DNA of 64,000 bases, from the NCBI GenBank assembly GCA_030295235.1, contig AP026136.1:744001-808000 (forward strand), given 5' to 3'. A program made the position numbers and the translations under genes. The first letter of the stretch is position 1, and every line of letters begins with the position of its first letter. Below, piece by piece: positions 25,230 to 38,852 of the stretch. The notes under the pieces are model-generated. The model had not been told where the DNA came from. It saw only the letters and a list, made by a program, of their open reading frames with translations, and made no database searches. This DNA is from Fistulifera solaris. Taxonomy: Eukaryota.

Positions 25230-26359
25230 ATGAAGAGGTGCACAGCACGTGAGACCACTTTATTAGCACTGGGTCTGGGTATCGTTCTTGTTTCTTTGCG
25301 CAGCTTCATCTCGGTTTTCAAACACCTCCGTTTCCTCCTTCGACACTTCTTCATTCCACGTCGCAATCCTACAAAGCGAGTTATTCCAGGGCGGAAACTA
25401 CTCCCACAAATCTTTCTGCTCATGGAGGAGGATTTGTTCACGTAGGAAAGACTGGCGGAAGCACTCTTTCGTTACTCTTACGAAACGGCTGTCACTCCTT
25501 TATGAGACATCCGTGTTACAATATTTCAAACGAATCCCCGGCGAGCCGACTCATTGAAAAATACTATCATGTTCCCGATTTTGGGCTGTTGCGACAATCC
25601 CATCATGACTTTTATGTCATTACGGCTCGTGATCCTTTGGATCGAGCGGTTTCGGCCTTTGTCTACGACCATATTCGCAATCGAGACGCACGGAACGAAA
25701 CCATGGACCCGATGCAACGCGAGCGCTATGAGGCAGCTTACGTCTGCTTTCCTACATTGGAGGTATTTGCGGCCTATTTGAAAGGAAATTCGTCAGATTT
25801 TCATTATCCGTATCATCGGAAGGAAATTCACCCAGAATCTTGCCGCGATTTAGCGCGAGCAGCCTTTCATGGTCGTGTTCGAATCTACAGTCACTTGTAT
25901 TTTAGCTTGGAAAAGATCCGCTCCTTTATTCCGGGAATAGAGAACCGCGTAGTCTTTCTCATTCGTCAAGAAAGACTCTGGGATGACTGGATCCAAACGA
26001 ATCGTATTTTGGAGGACACGTACGGGTTGTCGTCGCAGGATTCCTCGTATGATGTCCCAGTGGAAGCAAGGGAAGACCGTCGCAATTCGACCACTTTGGA
26101 AATTAACAATCGACTACCTGTGGGCAAGACCCTGTCGTCACTTGCAACACAATCTCTTTGTCGGGCCCTAGAGACAGAGTACACGGTTTTCTTCTGGTTC
26201 CTGCTGACAGCAAAGAATATTGACAACGAAGAATTTAAGTTCAGCTTGAGCAAGGCCAAGGAATCATGCGGACGCTATTTGAATATGGATGAAATGATAA
26301 GGAAGGAGTCTTTAAGCGGAGGAGAAGTCGTCGAACACGGAGTTCGTGTCAAGAAGTAG
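25230..26359 (+). CDS. Type II membrane sulfotransferase-like protein
   Basis: N-terminal TM. 5'-PSB-like motif 'FVHVGKTGGST' read upstream in the frame of ORF 25502. 3'-PB-like motif 'TARDPLDRAVSAF'. Indel between ~25290 and 25320. Confidence 0.72.
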
Positions 26360-26431
26360 TCGCTACAAAAAAATTACAATTTTGATGTTGTTCATATTTA
26401 CAAGCAAGTTTGCAGCTTTTGTCAATGGATC

Positions 26432-29400
26432 TTACTGGTTCAGCGGCTTGTCTGGCTGAGTGGATCCGATTCTCCGTAATTCGGTTCGAATACCTTCAAT
26501 GTTTGCCAAGGCGAGAAGTAATCCTTGTCTTCGGTTGAACGAAACAGCGAAAGACGAGACCATTAAACCGTATCGAGCCATTTTATCGGACAAAATAGGG
26601 TCCTGAGACGATTTTGCCATTTCAAGACATATTTCAGCAATGATTGAATCGCCACAACGACCCAAACGTCCGAGAAATATATTAACTTCAGATCCGAACT
26701 TGGATACGGCTCGATTATTTACATAAGCTCCCATCTCGTTATATCGGTTGTCGTTAATTGGTGCCCTGCTGGTCAATTCAAGAAGGACTGACATAGCTTC
26801 CACGACTTCACCGTAGTAAGGCTGCTTGTCAACGTACTGGCGAGCAGCCCCGAAAGGGCGTAATAGTTTCATTTCCAATATCTCTTTCGCTTGCACAGAG
26901 TATCCTCCGTATTTCAAAACAAAAAGCAACGGATACAGAACAAGAAATGCCTCACTAGGTCCAGAGTCAATGATCGGAATGACTCTTTTCAAAATACTTC
27001 GACAGATAGACTGGGCTTGTCTCCGATTACCCAACATTTCATGATAAAATGAGCACAGAGAAAAGCTGGCTGCCCCAGTGTCAAAACCGTATGCTTTCCG
27101 CAAGTGTGTTGTGTGCTTGATTGGCTTGTACATTGTCCTGATAACACTCTGCGCCGCGACGGCTTTTTCCAGCTCGCCTATACGAGCAAAGAGAATCATT
27201 TGAAGAAACAATGAATGAATGTGGTGCACCCTTCTGCCGTGTCTCCGCGTTTCTTCGAGGAGCCTGTACAGCATTGCCTGCTCGTAGCACCGTTTCGAAT
27301 CTTGCTCAATTTTGCCGTCCGCGAATGCACGCGAAAGTCCCATGTACGCGGGAAAGATAATGGATCGGTCCTTAATATCCTGTGCGTTTCTTGCCCTGTC
27401 CATTACGCGGATAGCATTTGCAAAAGTAATGTAGCTGCTGTGTCGTAAATCGCAGGCCTCTTGGCTCAGGCCTAAACCAACACTTAGTCGAATGATATCA
27501 CCAATGTCTTCGGCGGCCAATACCGAAAGAATATCCGATGAAAACCCACAGTTCTCTTCAAGATCATTGTTTTGCCAACCGAACATTCCAAGTGAACTTT
27601 CAAATACCTTGATGGATTCAATGGCTTCTGGGGTCTCTTCTACTAGCGATCCGATCGACAAAGCCACTTTTGCGGCATTGTGCGTAGAACCCGACGATTT
27701 CCAGTGTACGAAAAGTTTGAGCCAATCTTGAAGTGAGGAATCAGCTGACAGCCGCAATTCCATATTTTCAGCAGTTTTTCGGTGCACGTCTCGTTGGCGA
27801 GATCCTAGCATCAATCCAAGAATAGTGGTGCGCCACGTTGATTTAAAAAACGAGAACGTTGTCGAGTCGGAGTTCGCGTCGAAGTCGGCTTGTTTTCCTT
27901 TCAGCACATTGTCTCTGTCGTCGTGTAAGACTAAAATCCCCTCTAAAACAGCAACCTTAAGTGAGCTTGCCACCTTTTTGCGTACATCTTTCTCCTGTGA
28001 ATCTGCACCGGCCATCAATACTCTGACAATGTCTCCAAGTGCAAATTTGTCACCCAGTACCGCTGCAATGTTCAGCGTTGAGCGAACTTCTACGTCAAGA
28101 GCGTCCACCCGGTGCAAGATTATGTCAGACGTTAACTTTTGTTTTGTATCACCACGTGTGCTCTCATCGTTCGCTGTTGCATCGACCATCAGGGTTAGCA
28201 CGTTCATCGCAAATTGCGGCATGCCTCCCGATTCTAACATTACTTCATGCAGCAGATCAGGAGAAACAAGTTCAACTTTCACGCCTAGCTTCTTGGAAAT
28301 AAGAAGACGAACTTCGTCTTCCGTCAGCGGCCCCAAATGAATTTCGAGAAATCTGCCACTGAAAGCGTAATGCTTTTCCATAATATCCCAGAAATAATCG
28401 CCTACTCGAAACATGCTTTTCTCCACTGGTGAAGTGCCGATCAGGATAACATTGTTTGCATAATCCAAAATCCTCTTCAAAATCACCCATGTTAGTTCGT
28501 CAGTGAAATGTACATCATCAATAGCGATGACCACGAGTCCCACATCTTCAATGCAGCGTAAGAAGGCGTTGGCGAGAAAAGCCGCAACTGCCTTCTTGGG
28601 TGGACTTTTCCTGGTGGCCAAATCAGCATTTGATTCGAGTAAATATCGAGTCGCGAACTTGACAAGATCAGGCGGAGCTTGGATGTCGCGACCGACGCCA
28701 CGAATAGACTCGATCAATTTTGACTGAGAATCTTCAGGTTCACAAGCATCAGACGAGTGGGACTCACTATCCTCGTCTATGATATTATTGGACGAATCAT
28801 CTGAAGAAAAAGCGTATAGCCTCATGATTCTTGCGAAAATCGTCTGGAACGTGGAAAAATGGACCAGCATTTCACTATCGAGACATATGTGATTTATGAA
28901 AACAACTCTCCCGTGCTTCTGAGCGTTTGGCTCCAGTTGTTGTCGGATTGATTCAAGGGTATGGACCAGGAAGCTGGTCTTTCCCATACCAGAAACTCCA
29001 TCCGCGAGAATAAACTTGGATTCAGATTGAGACGAAATTAGTGTTTCGTGTGCCAATTGAACCACCTCGCGGATTTCATTTTCCCTGCCAACAAAATTCG
29101 GCTCAAAACTCCCCCAAGTTCGTTTGGACACACTTATTGGAACAAATATAGGCACAGGCTCGCTGTATCCTTTGGCTTTGATTGCTGGCAAAGCCTCGAA
29201 GGCGTACGAGCGTGAAGCCACTTGACGAACTCGGTTATCAACAAGCACCCCTGGGTTATCAGGTGAGTGCATCAAGCGTGCCGCTAAATTGACGCTGGGT
29301 CCCATGACAGCGTACTCGTGTCTCATCGAACCACCCACGGCACCGCAATAAACGTCACCAAAAGTAGCTCCGATCTTTGCCTTAACACCGAACTTGACTT

Positions 29401-32400
29401 CTAGCGCTTTTTGTATCAGCATTGTGGCTGGTAAAGCTCGCTCTGTAACAAGATTGGGGAATGTGGAGCCGCGGAGACCAAAAGTAGCTATCATAATAAA
29501 TCCCTTATCGTCCACAATGAACTGGCGCAAATGGCCGCTGTAGTGTTTCAATTTGTTGGTGACTAAGTTCATAACATCATTGAGAAGATGAATCACCTCG
29601 GTGTCTTGCTCTAGATCTCCTGATAGATTGATTGGCAAATGCAACTCTATGAACATCACGTAAACACTGCGTAGTTCAGCCTCCTCCTTCTGCTTGTCAT
29701 TAGCAGAACCACCTAGACCAGCGCTTTCAAAATCATTTGCTGCGGCAATATCATTGGAAACAACAACGGGATGGACATATAACGACATCAAGCGCCGGTA
29801 CTCAATCAGGTCATCGGCTTCTAAACCATCAACCTCTTCAGTCACACCACGAGACTTCGCATTGCGGACCTTTGTACTGTATCTTGATGTGTCGAAGAAA
29901 CTTCCCGACCGATCTGCAACCAGTAAGGTGTTATTCGGATCTAATTTCTGGCGGCCGCATTGTTGGCTTATTATACTAATAAATTCCTCGGAGCCAACGG
30001 CTTCTCCAAGCTTGGCTCTATCACAGGCCGTCGTTGCTTGGTCAATGGCATCACCGATGTATAGATATTCGCGTCTATTGCGATTATCCCCAACATGAAT
30101 TCCATTCATATGCCCAAATCCTAGCCCCAAGTGAATATTTAGGCAATCGACTGTTGACCCTATCAATTCTTGGGCACTAACCAACGATAAGACAGGAAAA
30201 TCAGTACACTCTGAGATCAATGATGCTGCACATGCTGATGCTTCGGCTATACATTGCTCCTTTGACCTTTTATCAGTAACTCTCCACTCTGCAAAAGAGC
30301 GTCACCTGCAAACTTCTGAATATCACCAGAATACTGATAGATCATTTCTACAATTTTTTGAAAGTAAGAGTTGATCACTTTTGACAGTTTTTCGGGGTCA
30401 AGCACCGTACTAAGCTTTGTAAACCCGGAAATGTCGACAAACATCAATGCACCTTCAAATGTAGCAATTGCTGGAAGTACGCCCCCGTCGTCATCATCAC
30501 TGCTCGATTGTGCAGACCATGACATTGAAGAAGAAAATGAAGATCGTCGTGAAAGGCGCTTGTTTGCGCCTAAGAAGTCATCCAATGAAAAACAGCTGCT
30601 TCCTCCAGAGTCTGGTGTAGAGACGGACACTGACGCTGACTCGTCAGAGGCCGAGTCGAGGGAATCTGAAGATATCCGTCTTACCAAACGCCTTCTTGGT
30701 CCTCTGTCTTCTGATCGGTTTTGATCACTGAATGAAGAGTCGACACTGTCGGCATCACTCGAGCTTGCTGCACTATCCGCATTTGATGACACGTCGGCCA
30801 TTCCATTTATCCGTCTCCGGTTTGGTCGAGAAGCCTCGAACTTGGATTTCGCCTCCTTGTTTAGTAACTGATCTCTTATTTCTTGCCCCAAATGGCTGAT
30901 CACGCAGGCAGGAATATTGCTTGCAAGATTGTTGATTGAAGCTAAAATATGCGCTCGTCTCACGAATTTCTCTCCTTCCTTGTTGAAAGCAATCATCGTA
31001 CCGACTTTCTGCAACTCCGTTCTGAGGTTGGCTAGCATTGATAGATCCAACCCTTCCCCGCCTCCAGATGGCATTTCGGGAAATGCTAAATACGGTGGTG
31101 CCGATTCTTGCACAGGGACACGCGAAGGGTTTTCTCTTGACCTCCCTAAGGCAATTGGCATAGATGATATCAAGTCATCATATTCGTCATCACTCAAATC
31201 GTCTTCGCTGTCGCCATCGGACGATCCGTATGATATTCCTTCACTGCTGTCTGTATATTCACTATCGTCACTGGAATCAGAAAAGTCGTCGCAGTCTTGC
31301 AATAACTGATCAAGATTCATTGGATTGGCCGGCAGATTGGGTGTTTGAAGATAGCCATTGGGAAGAAAAGCATCGTCATCAGCATTGAATTCATCATCTT
31401 CTTCAGTTTCTTCTTCCTCAAGATCACTATCACTGTCGATATCCTCCTCGTCATTATCTGCTTCCGCGCCCTCAGTTTTCATTTCCACATTTGAGGACAC
31501 TGACGCGGCATCCGTATGTTCGTCATTTTCTTTCATCATCCGCTTGCTTTCATTCTTCGTTTCTGGCGCACTAAATTCTGCCTCACATATATCTAGAGCA
31601 GAAATTTCTACAAGATCGCTCGTCTCAGTGTTGCAGCCCTCGTCGTCGACGCCCGATGATGATTCATCCTCGTCGCTTTCGGTTGTCTCCTCAGAATCTC
31701 TAGAACTTTCGGACTGCTTAGAATCTGCCTCAGCTATACTTTCTTGGTCCGGATCCCTTTTTACAAAGTTGTCACCGTGGTTTGATTCTTTTTGATAGCG
31801 GCTTTCAACTGGTTGCAAATCTTCTAGACCACCAAGATCCTTACTTTGTAGCGAAAAGGTCAGTGCGCCAGTGTAAATTTCGTCCAGGCCATCTACTTTC
31901 AAGTGATCGCTGTGCTTCAACGGTTGGGTTTGAGGTTGATTTTTGAAGCTGGGCAGTTCGCCACAGTTGATTTCGATGTCGTTCGCTAAAGTTGCATCCC
32001 GAGAATAGCTATCGTTAGGTTTGTTTTTGAAGTAAAGCTTTTTGAAAAAGAGTCATTGAGCTCAACCATTGTGTGATTTTCAATTGGAGTTACCGTCGTC
32101 TGCGCCGTTACGACAGTCTCGTCGTCGGCGCCGGCGCCGATTTTCTGAGCTGTATACTTTTCCACTAGCTGTATTTGTGCTGGGCTGTGCGTAATCAGAC
32201 TTTGTAGTCTCGTGATGACTGCTCGTACTTCCTGAGACGCTTCTGATGAATCTGCTTTGCGAGGAGCGGCGACAACAGTTTGGCACTCACTGCGGATAGA
32301 CGGCATATCACCTATCCGTTGCAAAAGAGCCCTCAAGTCATCCACATTACTACTCCCTGTTGTACAACGTTGAGTAGCTTCATCTATAGCGATCGTTTGT

Positions 32401-32702
32401 ATGCCATTCATCGGTTGATCCTTCTTTAACACATCGGACGCCTGCACCTCACCGACTGACGTTTCGGATCGCCACAATGAGCCGTTATCACTGGCCATCA
32501 AATCAACACCGAGCGAATTTCCATACTTCGTTAGCCCATCCAGTAGACTCTCTTCTACAAAATAACGATCGTAATCTAGCGTCGAGATGCTGCGCCCAGT
32601 CGTTTCGTCGACGCTGCTGGAATTGGCGTGGCTTTCACTGTGGTCGACATCGTCGTCTCCGTTACCGTTTCCGATAGTATCCATTTGAGAATCCGCCGTC
32701 AT
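26432..32702 (-). CDS. Soluble adenylyl cyclase (ADCY10/sAC-like): long acidic N-terminus, two class III cyclase domains, P-loop NTPase, helical tail
   Basis: C1 'LMFVDISGFTKLS' and 'IQKFAGDAL'. C2 'FIVDDKG' and 'RHEYAVMGPSVNLAARLM'. NTPase 'FVGRENE', 'GVSGMGKT', 'IAIDDVH'. Three ORFs joined across indels at ~32020-32050 and ~30294. Confidence 0.88.
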
Positions 32703-33199
32703 CGATGGCCTCGTCGCTTGTCGAAGAATCTAGGATTCGACCAACCAGAAGTAATGTTCTTTTCAAAGTGAAACGGCCTCAAGCTCCCTACCCGGTACGT
32801 TTCATGTTTCATTTGCGGATGAATTTCTCATGTCTCATGACTCATGCCATGCATTTCTATCATTATACAGGTCTTTTGGGGCAAAATCACTTGTGACCAG
32901 AAGAAGAACTATGCAAAAACTAGTAAGTTTGATTCATTGTGCCATTGTGCCAAAATGTGCCTATCCTTCACAAAAAATGTAGTATGAACTAAAAAGTACA
33001 AACTGGCAATTTCAACACTGACGAAGGCGTTCTTTCTTTTGAAAAGACATAAGACCTCCACATACCATTTTCTACAATGACTTTCTACTCCCTATCTAAG
33101 GGCTAAGACAACCGGACTCAAGACACGAGACTCCTCTTCGAATGGTTCGACTAACGTTTTACACATCGTCATCACCACTACCATTATTCTATAGTCTCT

Positions 33200-36100
33200 C
33201 TACGTAGATAGCATCTTTTTCGAGATCCGACGTCTCAGGAATCTCTGGCGCTTCGATTTGACATCGCGTCGCTGTCCTTCCTTAGTCGTCCTTTTTGGTT
33301 TGACCGAATCTTTCACACCACTCTTCAAATACAGGTCTCCAAAAGCATGTTCACGGCGATTTTCGAAGACATCCGCAATCAACGAGTTGATGAGCTGTAA
33401 ATCATGTGTGGGGACTTCCTGAAAGATAGCTTGATCCTTCAACAAATAAGTCATTCGAAGTATGGGGCCTCGATCGGCACCATCCACCCAACAACCACGA
33501 ATCAGCGATAATAGTTTCATGATATACATTTCCTCATTCATTTCAGAGGCTAAAGGGTGTTTTCGCCAATAGAAAAAATGATCTCCATAGAAAAGATTAA
33601 CCTCGTCATCTTCCGACTGTTCATCCGATACTCTAGATCGCAACAACTCGGCAAGCTCACCACTCCTTCTTATGATCCTCTCAACGCAGAACATTATTTG
33701 TTCATCATTGACAGCCTGGCTATCTTCTGATCTTTGCTTGCGTAAAAGGTGGAGAATGTCAACAACTAAGGCATTTACGTGATGTCCTTGTGAAATGAGA
33801 TAATCCAGCTGTAAGAAATGGGCATCGTTACCAGCATTTCTTGTAACTTGCAGTACCTTCTCAAACTTGAGATAGGTTTCCCAAACTCTTTCCACGCACA
33901 AAGAAAACAACTCACTCGTATCTTCTTCATCAATAATATCGATCACGTTCCGCCACGATTGCAGACAATGCACAAATGTGGATGTCTCAATAAACACTTT
34001 TCTGTCGCTTCCATGTACGAACGACTGCTCGAACCGGTCACAGAGCTCCTCCAGTTTTTCAAAACATGTGTCGGCAGCAAAGCGCATATTCTCAACGACC
34101 GACGGATCGCGAAACTCATTGCGGTCTCCAGTGAGAATTTTCGACTGTTTTTGTACATATGTAGCAAGAAGAGCATCGATCATTCTACCGTCGGGCATCA
34201 AATCAGGATGCAGCTCTCCGGCCTCACTCAGATCGTGCAACAGCTTCGACAAGACAGCAGAAGCCTCGTCATGGCCGGAATGGAGCCAAGCTGCGACGAT
34301 AGGGTGAAATGTAAGCAAACGTGCGCCGGCCTTTGTCGGATCTTTTAAGAGTTTATCTGCGACTTCTAAGGCTTTTTGAAAGCCCGCATAGCTCCTTGTC
34401 CTAATATGTGCCTGGATCAAGGCCTCGTAGGTCTCAATCGTGGCCATTCCTTTGCTCTCTATTTCTTGCACCCATTGCTCCACTGGAATCACCTGATTGT
34501 CATCGAAAGAGGGAACCAGTCTATCGTATCTATCAAATTGAACGTATCGACCATATGGCCTAACCACCTGTGTTAGTGGACCACCGCTCCACCGTAAGGG
34601 TGCGTTGTATTCACTCGGGCCAGGGACTAGAGATTGCTCACTGGAACCTTCTTCCTCCAACACTTCCATCCGGCTTAAGCATTTGCGTAAAAATTCCAAA
34701 TCCAGATCGTCTTTTTCAAATAAGAAGACGACGAAAGAAGCGAAAGAAAGCTCTCACGATCAGGTTCAAAGCCGTCAAATGTCCTATTGTAGCGCCCCGC
34801 CTTGCCGCCTTGCTGGGCCCATACTTGAATCAAACTGTTTATTACCAACGTATTCGGCTTGGGCAGAACTCGCCCTTGATCATCTGGAGTTCCATTTTTC
34901 ATGGCAAGAACGATGTTTTCCGCCGCTTTTGCCACCGACGCCACGTCGTTTCCTTCAAGACACTTTAAGTAGTACGCATAGGCATCAGCATCAGGCCGAA
35001 GACCTCTGGTCCGCCACAAAACATTCAAAACGGCTTCCGCTGTTGGTTGTACCCCTCTCTTACGACGTGAGAATAGTACGCCTTGATAGGCTTGCGCCAG
35101 TTGATACAAGATCGCTTTCCCAGTCTGAAGAGTCCGCTCGGTGCCTTCCTCTTTATCGCCTGGCAGCATCGTAACATGGGGACTATTATCATTCGTGTGC
35201 GTTGTCCGACTCTTTTCATTCATAGCTTCAACCCAACTATAAGCAGCTTTTCTGGCAGCATTGAGGCGAACGTAGGGAACGAAATTGTATCCCGTAGGTA
35301 AGTGCAGGGCCGACCGATCCACGTCCCATTGATACGGCATTGGTGAAGTCGTCAGGGCTTCCAGCAACGCTTTGTACGGACTCTGTCGCTTCAATGGATT
35401 CAAAGTTGTCACAATGTACTTTTCTTCATCGCTTTGTTCCTCAACGTGTAAAGCATTCTCAATTGCATCGTAACCGACGAGTAGCTCATCATCCTCAAAA
35501 CCGACCAACTCCGAATCCACCGACTCAATCGCTTGGTTTTTCTTATCAATAACAAAATCTTCTAGTGCTAATGATGAAAATTTGTGCGCGAGGTCTTGTT
35601 GCGTCATCGAATTGGACCCCGGATCTTCCTCGCAAAGCAATCGATCTCTCGACGAATGGTATTGAAACTGATCGAGTGCCCGGGCCGCAGCGGCATGCGT
35701 CGCCAATTTCTTTGTCTTGTAATATACTTCGGGTGAATCCGCCACGGGTTCGATTTTGTCTTTGATGTTGCGCAAGGTTCCCGAAAGAAACAATTGCTTC
35801 GTCACCGGACACACAAACACGGCCGTCCACACAATGACACCCCCTACGGTAAGAGAAGAAGCATGAAAGTTGCTGGCCACCGACACAATTCCATGTTCTT
35901 GTAAGTAGTATTGATTGAGTTTTGCTAGAGGGCTATTTTCTCGTAATTGCTCTGTGGGGATAGGATCTCGTGGGTCTGTCTCATGCCGTGTTCCATCCGA
36001 TGGCGAGGAAAAGGAGCGAAGAAAGGGGCGCCGTTGACCGTCGAACACAAATGATGAAACAGATTGTGAACTTTTCGAGTAATTTGCGGAAACCACGTTA

Positions 36101-36204
36101 CGGGTCGTCGCACAGGACCCCAGGAATGATGAGTGGGATAGCGTTCGATGAAAAAACAAGATTGATCTCTTTCTACTCTGCCCTCGCAGGGCTTGGGCAC
36201 TCAT
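33200..36204 (-). CDS. Organelle-targeted protein with a dsRBD-like segment and degenerate PPR-like helical repeats
   Basis: Arg/Ser-rich presequence. 'LNQYY...WTAVFVCP...YKTKKLATHAAAARAL' (dsRBD-like). 'PDADAYAYYLKC', 'PNTLVINSLIQVWAQ', 'TIETYEALIQAH' (PPR-like). Indel at ~34715. Confidence 0.55.
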
Positions 36205-36934
36205 TTCGTTCGGTCGTGAGTCGCCACGTGATAAATTTCATTTAGCAGGAATCAGCATGAACATGGACTATATTCATGCGTTATTTAGTCGAACCTATCA
36301 CGAAGAATGCGGTCGGCTGGTCAGTTTTTTTTTGTTTGTTTGTTGTTCGTTTGCTTCGAATGATTTCCGTCTCGTGAATTTTTCGTGGTGGTGCCTCCAT
36401 CCTCCATGCGGAATATTTCCACGTTAGTCTGCCTGCGTCGGGAAACGGCGTTAAAATTCTGCCTTGTCGTGGACGCTACGTAGAATCTTGTACTGGGAGG
36501 CAGAATTTTAACGTCCCTTCCGGGTTTTAACGACGGAGCAAGTACGAACACCCCGACTACATCATTGCATTGTTACCACTAAGAACAACTCCGACCAACA
36601 AAATCGTCTCATGGATATCTCATTAACGCACATCGTGTAGTAAAGAGAGGATGTTATGAAAGAGCAATGAAAGTAAATGATAGTAGAAACAAACGTCCGT
36701 GACCGACTCACAATTGAGTCGGATAAGGGTGCCGCATAGTTTTTATACTTTGTACTCGGAGTAGTTTAATTGTGTCTGCTCGGTACTGGTTAGATCCCAC
36801 ATCGAGATGTCGGATCGCGAGTTACGAAAAGAATAATCAAATTAACAATCGAAACAAAACGTTCTACCGCTTAGTAGGATCTCTAGAGATTAGTAATTCA
36901 TAACATTGCTGTTTGCATCAAGTGACTGACTCTC

Positions 36935-37951
36935 ATGTCTACATTGCTGCTCGGTTCAAGGACCGCTAGGTCAATTTTGGGCTTCACGGGGTTTGCCATA
37001 AAACCTTCGTACTTACAGGAACTCCGCTCCTCCCTTCGAGCGTCACGTTCGTTGTCATCCTCTCCAGTCGGACCCTTTCATTTCAACGTCGTGGAAACGC
37101 CTCAGTATTCTTCAAACATCGTTTTTCTACACGGTCTATTGGGGAACGGGAAAAATCTACGTACTTTTGCGCGTGAATTGTGCCGCCAACAACAAGCACG
37201 CGGGATATTGGTCGATTTACCCGGACATGGCTCTTCCAAACACTGCCTGGCCGCCACGACGAGTATATCCAATTGTCTTTTGGGATTACATCAGACATTG
37301 CAAGCTGCTGGCATCGGTAATGATGATGATGATGATGATGATAATGTTTCGTGGTCACTGGTTGGACATTCGATGGGAGGACGGATCGCCCTGCAGTACG
37401 CCAATCACTCGGACTCATTTCCGCAGCCCCAACGGCTCGTTTTATTAGATACTGTCCCGGGAGGACTGAACGCTTCGGTGATGCATGTCATGAGAGTCGC
37501 TGAAACATTTTTACCCGTTGTCGCACAAACGAACTTGACTCGGAAGGAACTCGTTCACAAGTTGACGCAGGAGCACGGAATCGATCTCGCCACCGCGCAA
37601 TGGCTGGGAGGTTCCTATGATACACAAACGCGAGAATTTTCCTTTTCCTTGGAGGGCGCTAGGAATTTAGTGCATTGCTTTTTTGAACGTAACGATCCAA
37701 CGGGCCTATCCTCGTTCGTCGAAACGATCGAACATGTTTTGAGGCATAATGTCAAAATAGAACGCGTCGATATTGTTCGCGGAGGAAAGAATCGTTCTTG
37801 GGACTCGGTCCAGGATCAAGTATCGCAATTGGAAGCACTGGAACAATTTCCACCAAGCCAATCGCAATTACGAGTGCACCTACTCCCGAATGCCGGTCAC
37901 TGGGTCCACACGGACGATCTTCCTGGCTTGATCCAAGTTTTAAAATCGTAG
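36935..37951 (+). CDS. Alpha/beta hydrolase, ABHD11/YbfF-like
   Basis: 'FLHGLLGNGKN', 'DLPGHG', nucleophile motif GHSMGG, catalytic His 'AGHWVH'; mitochondrial-type N-terminus. Confidence 0.88.
   Translation: MSTLLLGSRTARSILGFTGFAIKPSYLQELRSSLRASRSLSSSPVGPFHFNVVETPQYSSNIVFLHGLLGNGKNLRTFARELCRQQQARGILVDLPGHGSSKHCLAATTSISNCLLGLHQTLQAAGIGNDDDDDDDNVSWSLVGHSMGGRIALQYANHSDSFPQPQRLVLLDTVPGGLNASVMHVMRVAETFLPVVAQTNLTRKELVHKLTQEHGIDLATAQWLGGSYDTQTREFSFSLEGARNLVHCFFERNDPTGLSSFVETIEHVLRHNVKIERVDIVRGGKNRSWDSVQDQVSQLEALEQFPPSQSQLRVHLLPNAGHWVHTDDLPGLIQVLKS
37322..37342 (+). repeat. (GAT)7 coding microsatellite (poly-Asp)
   Basis: Read directly. Confidence 0.9.
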
Positions 37952-38213
37952 CATGTTCTTTCTTTTTGTTAATGAGCTGTAACTTAGACCCTTGTTTCGT
38001 TTAGCATAATGTAGCTAGGTTTGAAGTGCGCAATGATCGTTATACCACCTTTGTTAACTCTCCTGGCGTGGTAGCTTAGACACAAACTCCGCAACACAAG
38101 TATCTGAATGCTTCTTTTCACAAAAAAACTAGCCTTCTACGAGACGATTGCTACGTCTTCTTCTACCAAATCAAATTGATCACATTTTACTATTAAGAAG
38201 TACGATTTTGAAT

Positions 38214-38669
38214 TTAAGCGACCAAAGTACTAGCGGTCGCCGACTCGTACTTCCAGTTGGAAGGAAGCTTACGGGTGGTTCGGTAGTAACGCGCCAAACG
38301 GTGAATACGGCTTTCGATAAGAATCAATCGGAACTTGCTGTCCTTATCCTTGCGATTGCGCTCCAAATGCTTGCGCACTTGCACAGCCTTCTTGATCAAC
38401 ATGTACAAGTCCTCGGGAATTTCGGGAGCCAAGCCGTTGGCCTTGAGGATGCGCACAATCTTTTGACCCGTGACGGACTTGACTTGGGCAATACCGTTGG
38501 AATCACGGAGAAGAACACCAATTTGACTGGGGGTTAGACCCTTCTTGGCCAACTTGCATACGTGCTCTTCGACATCCGCGGCGGAAGTCTTGAGCCACGA
38601 AGGAGGAGAGCGCTTGTACGGAAGGGCTCGTCGGGAGATACCCTTTCCTGGAGCATGCATACGACCCAT
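38214..38669 (-). CDS. RPS13: 40S ribosomal protein S13 (uS15)
   Basis: [12 protein letters not shown]...[18 protein letters not shown], 151 aa, intact. Probable 5'UTR intron 38676-38852. Confidence 0.98.
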   Translation of the reverse strand: MGRMHAPGKGISRRALPYKRSPPSWLKTSAADVEEHVCKLAKKGLTPSQIGVLLRDSNGIAQVKSVTGQKIVRILKANGLAPEIPEDLYMLIKKAVQVRKHLERNRKDKDSKFRLILIESRIHRLARYYRTTRKLPSNWKYESATASTLVA

Positions 38670-38852
38670 GACTTACTAAAATAAAGAAGAAAGAATGAAA
38701 GGAATATCGTGAGAGCTGAATTTGTTCACGAAGGTGGTGATGATAAGTCAGGAACATTCAAAACGGCCCCCGTCAAATGTCGCCAGACGATCGTCGCCCC
38801 TCGATACTTTGTTCACTGATGACTAATATTGATGATTCTTCATTCGACTTAC

